Assembly (NCBI GenBank): GCA_964387845.1
Contig: CAYLXA010000010.1
Coordinates: forward strand, 32,001 to 96,000
Direction: 5' to 3'
From: an uncultured bacterium
GTDB taxonomy: Bacteria > Omnitrophota > Omnitrophia > Omnitrophales > Abzuiibacteriaceae
Length of the DNA: 64,000 nucleotides
This document shows, piece after piece, positions 56,281 to 64,000 of this stretch; position 1 is the stretch's first letter, and the number at the start of each line of letters is the position of its first letter. A program made the translations under genes and the position numbers. Under the pieces are notes generated by a model. That model saw nothing but the letters and a program-made list of their open reading frames with translations, did not search any database and had not been told where the DNA came from.

Positions 56281-57186
56281 TTAAAATCCGGTTCCTTTAT
56301 CGCCTACCATTAAAATAAAAACAAGTGTCAAATACGCGACCGATGCGCGCAGGACGTAACGCGCGCGCTCATCCAGATTCGGAAGCGCGTAAATAATCAC
56401 AGCCGCAAAACAAATCCCGAGCAAAAAGACACCGAAAAAGTAAACGCTGCCCGTCATTCCGAAAATAGTCGGCAAGAGGCTTACGCATAAAAGCGCGCTC
56501 ATATTAAGCACCATTTGCCGGCCCACTATTTTACCGTCCGGGTCCAAAACCGCAAGTGTCGGAAATCCGGCGCGCGCATAATCGGCTTTGTACATCCAGT
56601 CGATCGCAAGAAAGTGCGGGACCTGCCAGAAGAAAATAATTAAAAAAAGCGACAATGCTTGGATGTTGAACTCCCCGCCTGCGGCCGACCAACCGATTAA
56701 AGGCGGCAGCGCTCCTGGAATCGCACCCGCGAAAGTCGCAAGTGACGTCCGTTTTTTAAGCGGTGTATAGACCAACAAATAACTAAGCGACGTCAGCGCC
56801 GCAAAAACCGCGCTTTGCGGATTAACGGAGAAAAAAAGATAGGCAATTCCGGCAAAAGTTGCCGTCAATCCGAAAATGAGGCCCTGGACGGGCATGAGCC
56901 TGCCGGCTGCAACCGGCCGGTTCCGGGTCCGGATCATTTTTGCATCCGCTTCGTGTTCCATCACTTGATTGAGTGCCATCGCACCCGCTCCGACAAACGC
57001 CGTTGCTAAAATAACGCCAAAATACGAAAGAAACGAAATATTTCTTGCGGCCAAATAAAACCCAACGGATGCGCTGAGCAAGACAAGCGATAAAAGCCTG
57101 GGCTTCGCAAGCTCTAGATAATCCTGAATCGTTCCGGAGCGCAAAAATGCCTTCGGCAACGCGACAGATTCTGAATGGTGGTTCAT
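56281..57186 (-). CDS. ctaB: Protoheme IX farnesyltransferase (heme O synthase)
   Basis: UbiA prenyltransferase family with 8-9 TM segments and conserved Asp-rich loops. Confidence 0.9.
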   Translation of the reverse strand: MNHHSESVALPKAFLRSGTIQDYLELAKPRLLSLVLLSASVGFYLAARNISFLSYFGVILATAFVGAGAMALNQVMEHEADAKMIRTRNRPVAAGRLMPVQGLIFGLTATFAGIAYLFFSVNPQSAVFAALTSLSYLLVYTPLKKRTSLATFAGAIPGALPPLIGWSAAGGEFNIQALSLFLIIFFWQVPHFLAIDWMYKADYARAGFPTLAVLDPDGKIVGRQMVLNMSALLCVSLLPTIFGMTGSVYFFGVFLLGICFAAVIIYALPNLDERARYVLRASVAYLTLVFILMVGDKGTGF

Positions 57187-58049
57187 GCGATATTTGCCTT
57201 CTGGAATTTATAAATCCGGAGCACCAAAAATACGCCCGTTCCAAGCAGTAAAGCGCCGAGCGTTTGGTGGCTCGTTACGAAAAACAGGCGGCCAAACGAA
57301 GGCTGAATGGTTTCCGGTAAAATCATCGTGTAAATAAAAGAACCCATGCCGAGTGAAATTTGAATCAAAGAAATTAATCCGAGAAAAACCGCCGGATAAA
57401 TCAGCTTTTTCTCTGAAAAGTTCCTGAGCGCATATGCCGCAAGCGCTACCACATGAAAAATGACCAAAAATGCGCCCGCAATATGCGGAACCAATACAAT
57501 TCGATGATCGGTATGGCGCACTGTCGCTCCCAAAATCAATTGCAGATAAATAAGAGCAATGGTCAGCAGTGCTAATTTTTTAAAAACGGGCAGTTCAGAC
57601 AAACTTCCCGAAAATTCATTTGACCATTCTTTGGAATAAAAATAAGCGATGGCGATCACCGTTGCAAAAAAAGTTTGCGCGAGGCACGCGTGTAAAATAG
57701 AAATCGGCGCAGGAAGCAAAAACATAACCGTAAGGCCTCCCAAAATTCCCTGAGCAACCACCATACCGAGCGCGGCAATTCCAAGGTGCCTGAGCCAGCG
57801 CCGCTTTTCGGTGATTCCGCACCAAATCGTAAAAACAAGCGTCATAAAACCGACTAGGCTTGCAATCATCCGATGGCCATGCTCGTAAAATATACCGCCC
57901 ACCATCGGCGGCATCCATTGTCCGTAAGAGAGCGGCCAATCCGGAACCGCGAGGCCGGAGCCGGTGCTCGTCACCATTCCGCCTGCGATGATCAGGAAAA
58001 ATGTCACGGCTGCCAATAATTTTGTATATCTCGCCAACCAAATATTCAT
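57183..58049 (-). CDS. ctaA: Heme A synthase (COX15/CtaA)
   Basis: Eight TM helices with conserved His pairs. The start is assigned to the ATG at 58049 (MNIWLARYTKLL). The 53-codon upstream extension in the ORF track overlaps coxA and was rejected. Confidence 0.85.
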   Translation of the reverse strand: MNIWLARYTKLLAAVTFFLIIAGGMVTSTGSGLAVPDWPLSYGQWMPPMVGGIFYEHGHRMIASLVGFMTLVFTIWCGITEKRRWLRHLGIAALGMVVAQGILGGLTVMFLLPAPISILHACLAQTFFATVIAIAYFYSKEWSNEFSGSLSELPVFKKLALLTIALIYLQLILGATVRHTDHRIVLVPHIAGAFLVIFHVVALAAYALRNFSEKKLIYPAVFLGLISLIQISLGMGSFIYTMILPETIQPSFGRLFFVTSHQTLGALLLGTGVFLVLRIYKFQKANIA

Positions 58050-58050
58050 A

Positions 58051-59733
58051 CTAATTCGGGTCTGCCTGTGCGTGCCAATCTTTTGAGCGGCCGGGTTCGC
58101 TGTATTCATAAGGGCCGCGGTAAACCGTCGGAACCTTCTCAAAATTACCGTGCGGCGGCGGCGAAGGCGCTGTCCACTCGAGCGTATTGGCTTCCCACGG
58201 ATTTGCATCGACTTTCTCGCCCCAAAATAAACTTTTGATTAAATTCACGAGCATGACGATTTGGGAAACGCCGAGTAAAAACGCGCTGATCGTAATAAAC
58301 ACATTAATCGGCTGCATGTGCTGGATGTGCACATACTGCATCGGATCATAAATCCGGCGCATGTGGCCGCCGACACCCAAAATATGCATCGGAAAAAATG
58401 TGCAGTTGAAGAAAATAAACGTCAAAGCAAAATGAATTTTCCCGAGTTTTTCACTCATCCTGCGGCCGAACATTTTCGGAAACCAATAATAAATTCCGGC
58501 AAACGCGGCAAACATGCTGCCGCCGAATAAAACATAGTGGATGTGGCCAACGATAAAGTAAGTGTCGTGAATGAACATATCGACCGCGGTGGACGCCATA
58601 AAAATGCCGCTCAAGCCGCCGATCACGAACATCGAAACAAACGCGATCGCATTCAGCATTGGGGTCGTAAACCGGAGCGTCCCCCGCCACATCGTCCCGA
58701 GCCAGTTAAACGTTTTAATCGCCGACGGAACCGCAATTAACATCGTTGAAAGCATAAACGTAGTCCCGATTGCCGGATTCATGCCGCTTTGAAACATGTG
58801 ATGGCCCCACACGATAAATCCCAAAAACGCGATTGCCGTAATCGCATACACCATCGCTTTATAACCAAATATTGGTTTCCTGGAAAATGTCGACAGTACG
58901 TCCGATACAATTCCCATTCCCGGCAAAATCATGATGTACACCGCCGGATGCGAATAAAACCAGAACAAATGCTGCCATAAAATCGCATTCCCACCGCCCT
59001 CTGAGAGGAAAAAGTGCGTACCCATGGTGCGGTCAAAAAGAAGCATGATCATTGCAGCCGTCAAAACCGGCGTTGCGAGAAGCGATAAAATCGAGGTGAT
59101 AAAAATTGCCCAAGTCGTCAAAGGCATCCTAAAAAGTGTCATGCCAGGTGCGCGCATGTTAAGGATCGTCGTGATGTAATTCAGAGCGCCCATGATCGAA
59201 GACGTTCCGACTAAAATGACGCCGATGATCCAATAAGTTTGGCCGGAAGGTTCAATCGCACTGAGCGGCGGATAAGCAGTCCACCCCGAAGCACCTGCGC
59301 CTCCGGGAACAAAAAATCCTGCGAGCACCACAAAAGGCGCCGGCAAGAAAAACCAGTAAGAAAGCATGTTGAGGCGCGGAAACGCCATGTCGGGCGCCCC
59401 GACTTGCAGAGGAACCACGAAATTTCCGAAGGCGCCGACCAAAATCGGAATAATCGCGAAGAAAATCATGACGGATGCGTGAATCGTAAACAGCTGGTTA
59501 TAAAATTCGGGAAGCATAATGCCGCCTACCATCATGCTATCCGGGAACCAATCTCCCAAAATCGGCATGGGTTTTCCGGGATATGCCAGCTGCCATCTTA
59601 ATAGAAGCGCCAAAAGCCCGCCGACTAAAAAGAAGAAGAATGTGGTAAATAAAAACTGGATCCCGATCACTTTGTGATCGACCGAAAATACGTATTTTTT
59701 CCAAAAACTCATTTTATGCTGATCGTGACTCAT
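58051..59733 (-). CDS. coxA: Cytochrome c oxidase subunit I (heme-copper oxidase, A-type)
   Basis: 560 aa with all canonical heme a/a3-CuB His ligands, including GHPEVY-like and HHMF regions. Confidence 0.95.
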   Translation of the reverse strand: MSHDQHKMSFWKKYVFSVDHKVIGIQFLFTTFFFFLVGGLLALLLRWQLAYPGKPMPILGDWFPDSMMVGGIMLPEFYNQLFTIHASVMIFFAIIPILVGAFGNFVVPLQVGAPDMAFPRLNMLSYWFFLPAPFVVLAGFFVPGGAGASGWTAYPPLSAIEPSGQTYWIIGVILVGTSSIMGALNYITTILNMRAPGMTLFRMPLTTWAIFITSILSLLATPVLTAAMIMLLFDRTMGTHFFLSEGGGNAILWQHLFWFYSHPAVYIMILPGMGIVSDVLSTFSRKPIFGYKAMVYAITAIAFLGFIVWGHHMFQSGMNPAIGTTFMLSTMLIAVPSAIKTFNWLGTMWRGTLRFTTPMLNAIAFVSMFVIGGLSGIFMASTAVDMFIHDTYFIVGHIHYVLFGGSMFAAFAGIYYWFPKMFGRRMSEKLGKIHFALTFIFFNCTFFPMHILGVGGHMRRIYDPMQYVHIQHMQPINVFITISAFLLGVSQIVMLVNLIKSLFWGEKVDANPWEANTLEWTAPSPPPHGNFEKVPTVYRGPYEYSEPGRSKDWHAQADPN

Positions 59734-61220
59734 ACCGCGCCTCCATGCGCTGCTTCGTTAAGCCATGCTGTAAAACCTTCCGGCGAGTGAATCGTTAAAA
59801 ATCCGCGCATACGGTAATGCCCAAGTCCGCAAAACTCGGCGCAAGCGATTTCATATTTCCCCGTCCGCGTTGCCTCAAACCATACGTCAATCGCCATACC
59901 GGGCACAACGTCCTGCTTCAAACGAACTTCCGGCAAAAAGAAACTGTGCAGCACAGGATGATTGTTGTCTTTACCGATCGATGTCAGCCGAACACGCACC
60001 GGCTTTCCGACCGGAATATGAAGTTGATTGACAGTTTTAATATCATCCGAGGTTCCGAATTTTCCGTCAGCGCCGGGATAATTCACATTCCACGCAAATT
60101 GCTCGGCCTGAATTTCAACAGAAACAGAATCCTGCGGCGGTTCTTTTTTAAGATCCACCCAAATTACCTGGCTCCAAATCATCAGCACCACCAAAATAAT
60201 GGACGGAATAATCGTCCAAATCAGCTCCAAACGGTCGTTGCCGTGTGTATAAGTTGCCTTGGCGCCGGGCCTATCTCGGTATTTGAAAAGAAACATCACG
60301 AGTGCAATCTGCACGCCGAAAAAGACGACTCCGGTAATAACCAAGATCACATAAAATAATTGGTCAATCTTTGCGCCGTAGGTTGAAATATTTTCCGGAA
60401 GCCACCAACCTGTTTTTGCGCGCGGAAGGTCAGTTGCGGCAGAATCGTCGTAACGCTCGATCGGTTTCGGCTCTTCAGTCGTAATTTTAAGGCCGCTTGA
60501 TTCATCAACGATTTCTTTTGTACTGAACTGAAAATCAAGCTGCGCTTCGCCTGCGGCATCCACTTTGATTTTTCCGGTCTTGGTGCCGTAAACTTCATGC
60601 CACGCCTCAATCGTATATTCACCGGCCGGGACATTTTCCAGCTTAAAACTGCCGTCATCACCTGTAACGCTAAAAAACGGATGCTTTAAAGCGCCGACAT
60701 AGGCATTCATCCACGGATGCACATCGCACTTAAATTTGATCATGACTTCGGGGTTCGAAAATGTTTTCTCGAGCTTCATGCCCTGAAGCGGCATGCCGAG
60801 ATTAAATTCCGGGTTCAGCTTGCCCAATGCGTGAACGTTGTGGAGTGTTGCATCGCTATTCAGGATGGACAATTTCTGGCCGGTCTGGATACCTTGTACG
60901 TGCGGCTCATACCAACAGCCTTTTTGATCCAAAATAACGGGCTCGGAAGGAACCGGGAATTTTTCGTCTTTCAGGCCTTCTTTAACATAAACAAAAACAT
61001 TCTTGAGGGTTCCGTTTGAATTAATTTTGACTTTTTCCGCAATAAAACCGGAAGGATGCATGGATTTGCAGACGGGATCCGCGCCCATATCGACTTTTGG
61101 GTTGTCGGGCTGCGCGCCGTCAAAATTGGCTTTTCCCGTAATGGTTCCGGCTTGTGCGACGGAACAAAACAGGAACAAGCTTAAAAAGAAACTGGTTATT
61201 AATTTTGAATTTTTCATCAA
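59730..61220 (-). CDS. coxB: Cytochrome c oxidase subunit II fused to an N-terminal cupredoxin-like periplasmic domain (~235 aa)
   Basis: The C-terminal half has 2 TM helices and the CuA site H...CAEFCGLGHYRM. The N-terminal half, GTITGKANFDG...HNVH...KCDVHPWM, is a paralog of the upstream gene and carries blue-copper-like His/Cys/His/Met ligands. Confidence 0.9.
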   Translation of the reverse strand: MMKNSKLITSFFLSLFLFCSVAQAGTITGKANFDGAQPDNPKVDMGADPVCKSMHPSGFIAEKVKINSNGTLKNVFVYVKEGLKDEKFPVPSEPVILDQKGCWYEPHVQGIQTGQKLSILNSDATLHNVHALGKLNPEFNLGMPLQGMKLEKTFSNPEVMIKFKCDVHPWMNAYVGALKHPFFSVTGDDGSFKLENVPAGEYTIEAWHEVYGTKTGKIKVDAAGEAQLDFQFSTKEIVDESSGLKITTEEPKPIERYDDSAATDLPRAKTGWWLPENISTYGAKIDQLFYVILVITGVVFFGVQIALVMFLFKYRDRPGAKATYTHGNDRLELIWTIIPSIILVVLMIWSQVIWVDLKKEPPQDSVSVEIQAEQFAWNVNYPGADGKFGTSDDIKTVNQLHIPVGKPVRVRLTSIGKDNNHPVLHSFFLPEVRLKQDVVPGMAIDVWFEATRTGKYEIACAEFCGLGHYRMRGFLTIHSPEGFTAWLNEAAHGGAV

Positions 61221-61223
61221 ACT

Positions 61224-61919
61224 CTATGCGTTGTAAGCAAACTCGATTGAAACGGGCGCGTCATCCGCAACCGTTACTTTTTGCGTTTGCGTACCGTATT
61301 TTTCATGCCAGGCTTCAATCGTATATTCTCCCGCCGGCAAGTCTTTGATTTCGAAATTTCCGGAATCATCCGAGACGCCGAAAAACGGATGATTCAAAAT
61401 ACCGATAAACGCGCTCATCCAGGGATGAACGTCGCATTTTAATTTCACCATGATTTCCGGTGCTTCAAACTTTTTCTTCAGCTTCATGCCTTGAATCGGC
61501 ATGCCGAGATTGAACTGTTTGCTCTTCTCCGCCATTGAATGAACATTGTGGAGCGTCGGATCGCTGTTAAGAATTTCCAAACTCTGCCCAACTTGCATAC
61601 CAAAAACATGCGGATTGTACTGACATCCTTTTTGATCGATCGTCACGGTTTCAGCCGGCACCGGAAAAGTTTGCGTCCCGAGCCCCTCTTTGACATAAAC
61701 AAACACGTTTTTCAAGGTTCCGTTTGAATTAACGATAACGGTTTCAGCGCGCACAGGACCCGAGTGGGCTGCAACGCATGTCGGATCTGCCGACATTGAT
61801 AAAATTTCGTTTTCAGGCGCAGTGCCCGAAAATTTGACGGATCCCGAAATGGTTCCGGCAAAAACGCTCACAGGAAATAAGCAAATGGATAGAACTAAAA
61901 TGATTGTCTTCATAATCAA
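61224..61919 (-). CDS. Secreted cupredoxin-like protein (amicyanin-like C-x2-H-x2-M site) with an N-terminal carboxypeptidase-regulatory-like beta-sandwich
   Basis: Signal peptide; GTISGSVKFSG; HNVH ... KCDVHPWM. Roughly 60 percent identical to the N-terminal domain of CoxB. Confidence 0.7.
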   Translation of the reverse strand: MIMKTIILVLSICLFPVSVFAGTISGSVKFSGTAPENEILSMSADPTCVAAHSGPVRAETVIVNSNGTLKNVFVYVKEGLGTQTFPVPAETVTIDQKGCQYNPHVFGMQVGQSLEILNSDPTLHNVHSMAEKSKQFNLGMPIQGMKLKKKFEAPEIMVKLKCDVHPWMSAFIGILNHPFFGVSDDSGNFEIKDLPAGEYTIEAWHEKYGTQTQKVTVADDAPVSIEFAYNA

Positions 61920-61927
61920 ACCCCTTC

Positions 61928-64000
61928 TTATTTAAACGTTTCCTTGACCTTTGCCGCTTCTTCCGGCGTAAACACTCTCAAATATTCTTTGATCGCGTGA
62001 ATTTGTTTTATCGCGTCGCCATCCAGAATGTCAGTGACGGGCGTCTCACCGTCCGGGAAAAATCCGGGCATCATCGTCCCCGGCTGAATCGCTTGCGGAT
62101 CTTTCAGCCAATCTTCTACCCAATTAGGCTTAAGCCGGACATGCGCCATGGTCAAATCAGGCGCTAAAAATGAAGCCGACATCCCTTGAGTTTCGCCTTG
62201 GTGACATTGAATACACTTAAATTTTATGAAAAGTTCTCTACCCGCATCAATTGTTTTTTGGGAAGGTTTTAAAGAATCATCTTTTGAAAATGAGATTCTT
62301 TGGTGCGCCAAATTGTGAAAATATTGAACAACAATATCGGTTTCCTCATCATCAAAGCCAAATGTCGGCATTCTGTATTTAAGCCACGGCCGGATCGGCG
62401 TCGGCTCTTGTAAAAATTGATAGAGCCACTCTTCCTGCACTTTGGCACCTTGGCCGTCCAAAGTCGGCGGCGCGTTACCTTTATCTTCGAAAAGAGCTTG
62501 AACGCGGCCTTCAATTCCATCCAGCGTATGGCATCCCTGGCAATTGTATTTGGCAGCCAGGAAGCGGCCTTTTTCGACGGCTTGCTCCCTCAAATCCAGC
62601 TGTTTTTGCATCTCAAGCGGAATATGCTCTTCGCGCAAGCTCAGTAAGAAAGTGACGAGTGAATTGGCTTCTTCGTCCGTAAAATCAAACTGAGGCATCC
62701 GGAGTTTTTCGCTGAAAGTTTTGATTTTGCCTTCGTCAAAACCGCGCGGATGTTTCAGTTTTTGGAAAAACCACGCTTCGCGCGTTTTTTCGATATCCAC
62801 AAAACCAAAATCGAGTTTGCTGACTTCCTTTTGGCCCTGTTTCGTGAGCTCCGTTCCGATCGGCTTCATCGTTTCAAACCCCTTGATGTCGTGACAGCCG
62901 AAACAGCCTTGCTGCAGAATCATTTCGCGGCCGACAAATTCCAATTTGTCGCTTGTGGTCATCTTAGACATTTTCTCGCGGGCTTCCGAATGGCGCATCT
63001 TGCCCGTCAAATAATCCATTGCCAATAAATCCAAATCTTTGTCCGAGGTTTCGGGCAATGAAATCTTTTCAAACTCATGATTGCGGCTTTCAAGCAAGTA
63101 AGTCGTGATGTGAGACGCCTCTTCATCCGTCAGGCGCAAATTCGGCATCCGAGTATTTTCCATGTAATGCTTGGGATCTTTCAGCCATGTAAACAGCCAA
63201 TCAGCGCTCACTTTGCTGCCCATGTTGATTAATTCGGGGCCGTGGTCATTCACGTTTGAATTGTCAACATTATGACAGCCCAAACATCCGAGATCTTTCA
63301 CGAGCTGCTTGCCGACTTCAGCATTGCCTTTTTTGCGCGGCTTTTCAAGCGAGACCTCTTCCGAATGTTTCATCAAATATTCCGCAATACCTTGAATGCC
63401 GACGTTCGATTTCGCGCGGTTTTCCGGCTCCTGCATATTCTCTAAATGGAAAATCCGGGGCATCCAGGTTGACGGGCGGAAAGCTTTCGGATCCTGCAGC
63501 CATTTGGCAATCCAATCTTTCTCAAGCTTGCTTTTCACATTCAGAAGGCTTGGGCCCGCTTTCCATTGATTTTCAAATCCCTTCACCGTATGACAGCCGA
63601 AACAGCCGGCTTTCCGCGCCAAATCGCGGCCTTCGTTTAATTTGGGCGCTTCGGGGACATGGACAACATTGGTATGGCATTTTGTGCAGGAAGCTTCCGT
63701 ATGCTGCAGCGGGAGCATTTTCTTTTCCCACTTCTCGAGTTCATGCCAATGATATTTTTTCTCCCATTCTTTCTTTTGCTCTTCATTCTGCGGCGTGTGG
63801 GCCGTTGTCGTGAAAGTGAGCGAATGCCCGTTCCCGCCATGGCAAACCGTACAGCCGATTTTCTCAAGCGGATGCTTGGAGGATGACCCTAAAAACAAGT
63901 CGAGATTGGGATGGGTTGTGAAAGGCTGCGGTGCGTCTTCATACCCTTTCCGGTCAATCGCCAAATGGCAGGTCGTACAGCGGTCGACTTTGTTGGCTTT
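61928..64000 (-). CDS. Multiheme c-type cytochrome (at least 7-8 CxxCH), partial; the ORF is open to the window edge
   Basis: CxxCH motifs present: CTVCH, CTKCH, CFGCH, CLGCH, CFGCH, CQGCH and CIQCH. The reading frame reported by the ORF track has no stop before the window edge and its 5' extension carries a further CTTCH, so the gene is 5'-partial. The ORF-track 'M' at 63964 is a TTG, not necessarily the true start. Confidence 0.85.
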   Translation of the reverse strand, partial: KANKVDRCTTCHLAIDRKGYEDAPQPFTTHPNLDLFLGSSSKHPLEKIGCTVCHGGNGHSLTFTTTAHTPQNEEQKKEWEKKYHWHELEKWEKKMLPLQHTEASCTKCHTNVVHVPEAPKLNEGRDLARKAGCFGCHTVKGFENQWKAGPSLLNVKSKLEKDWIAKWLQDPKAFRPSTWMPRIFHLENMQEPENRAKSNVGIQGIAEYLMKHSEEVSLEKPRKKGNAEVGKQLVKDLGCLGCHNVDNSNVNDHGPELINMGSKVSADWLFTWLKDPKHYMENTRMPNLRLTDEEASHITTYLLESRNHEFEKISLPETSDKDLDLLAMDYLTGKMRHSEAREKMSKMTTSDKLEFVGREMILQQGCFGCHDIKGFETMKPIGTELTKQGQKEVSKLDFGFVDIEKTREAWFFQKLKHPRGFDEGKIKTFSEKLRMPQFDFTDEEANSLVTFLLSLREEHIPLEMQKQLDLREQAVEKGRFLAAKYNCQGCHTLDGIEGRVQALFEDKGNAPPTLDGQGAKVQEEWLYQFLQEPTPIRPWLKYRMPTFGFDDEETDIVVQYFHNLAHQRISFSKDDSLKPSQKTIDAGRELFIKFKCIQCHQGETQGMSASFLAPDLTMAHVRLKPNWVEDWLKDPQAIQPGTMMPGFFPDGETPVTDILDGDAIKQIHAIKEYLRVFTPEEAAKVKETFK

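Noticed and set aside
58050-58208. The 53-codon N-terminal extension of ctaA (MQIRGKPIRSSGQRLRRRR...).
   Set aside because: It overlaps the 3' end of coxA in another frame and is Arg-rich low complexity. The ATG at 58049 immediately follows the coxA stop and begins the first TM helix.

Overview
This 64-kb window looks like a gene-dense bacterial chromosome segment, almost entirely transcribed on the minus strand, probably from an uncultivated lineage. The recognisable housekeeping genes are leuD (partial, runs off the window), leuC, leuB, asd, truA, thiG, glgA, pfk and glpD, plus an amino-acid ABC transporter and an MFS transporter. These sit between several unusual blocks.

(1) A single 12.3-kb ORF (1892..14236, 4114 aa) behaves like a membrane-anchored polyprotein. 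It contains enzyme-like modules: a SAM-methyltransferase motif, an HD hydrolase motif, two HExxH zincin motifs and a propeller-like region. These modules are separated by 17 copies of a short [R/K][S/A]ELR linker motif. Two modules run antisense to small paralogous ORFs that each carry a textbook sigma70 promoter and RBS. This is the main candidate for an undescribed system.

(2) A two-partner-secretion locus with one TpsB transporter, two tandem TpsA paralogs with conserved leaders and flanks, and an interposed secreted protein made of Myxococcus-type cysteine-rich repeats.

(3) An aa3-type cytochrome oxidase cluster: multiheme cytochrome c, a standalone cupredoxin, a cupredoxin-CoxB fusion, coxA, ctaA, ctaB, coxC, coxD, a TIGR01777 epimerase-like gene, SCO1 and DUF420.

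(4) A type-IV minor-pilin cluster.

(5) A four-helix-bundle (IVS-type) gene flanked by inverted repeats inserted between leuB and thiG, plus a small family of palindromic intergenic repeats.

No rRNA, tRNA, CRISPR array or transposase was recognised.
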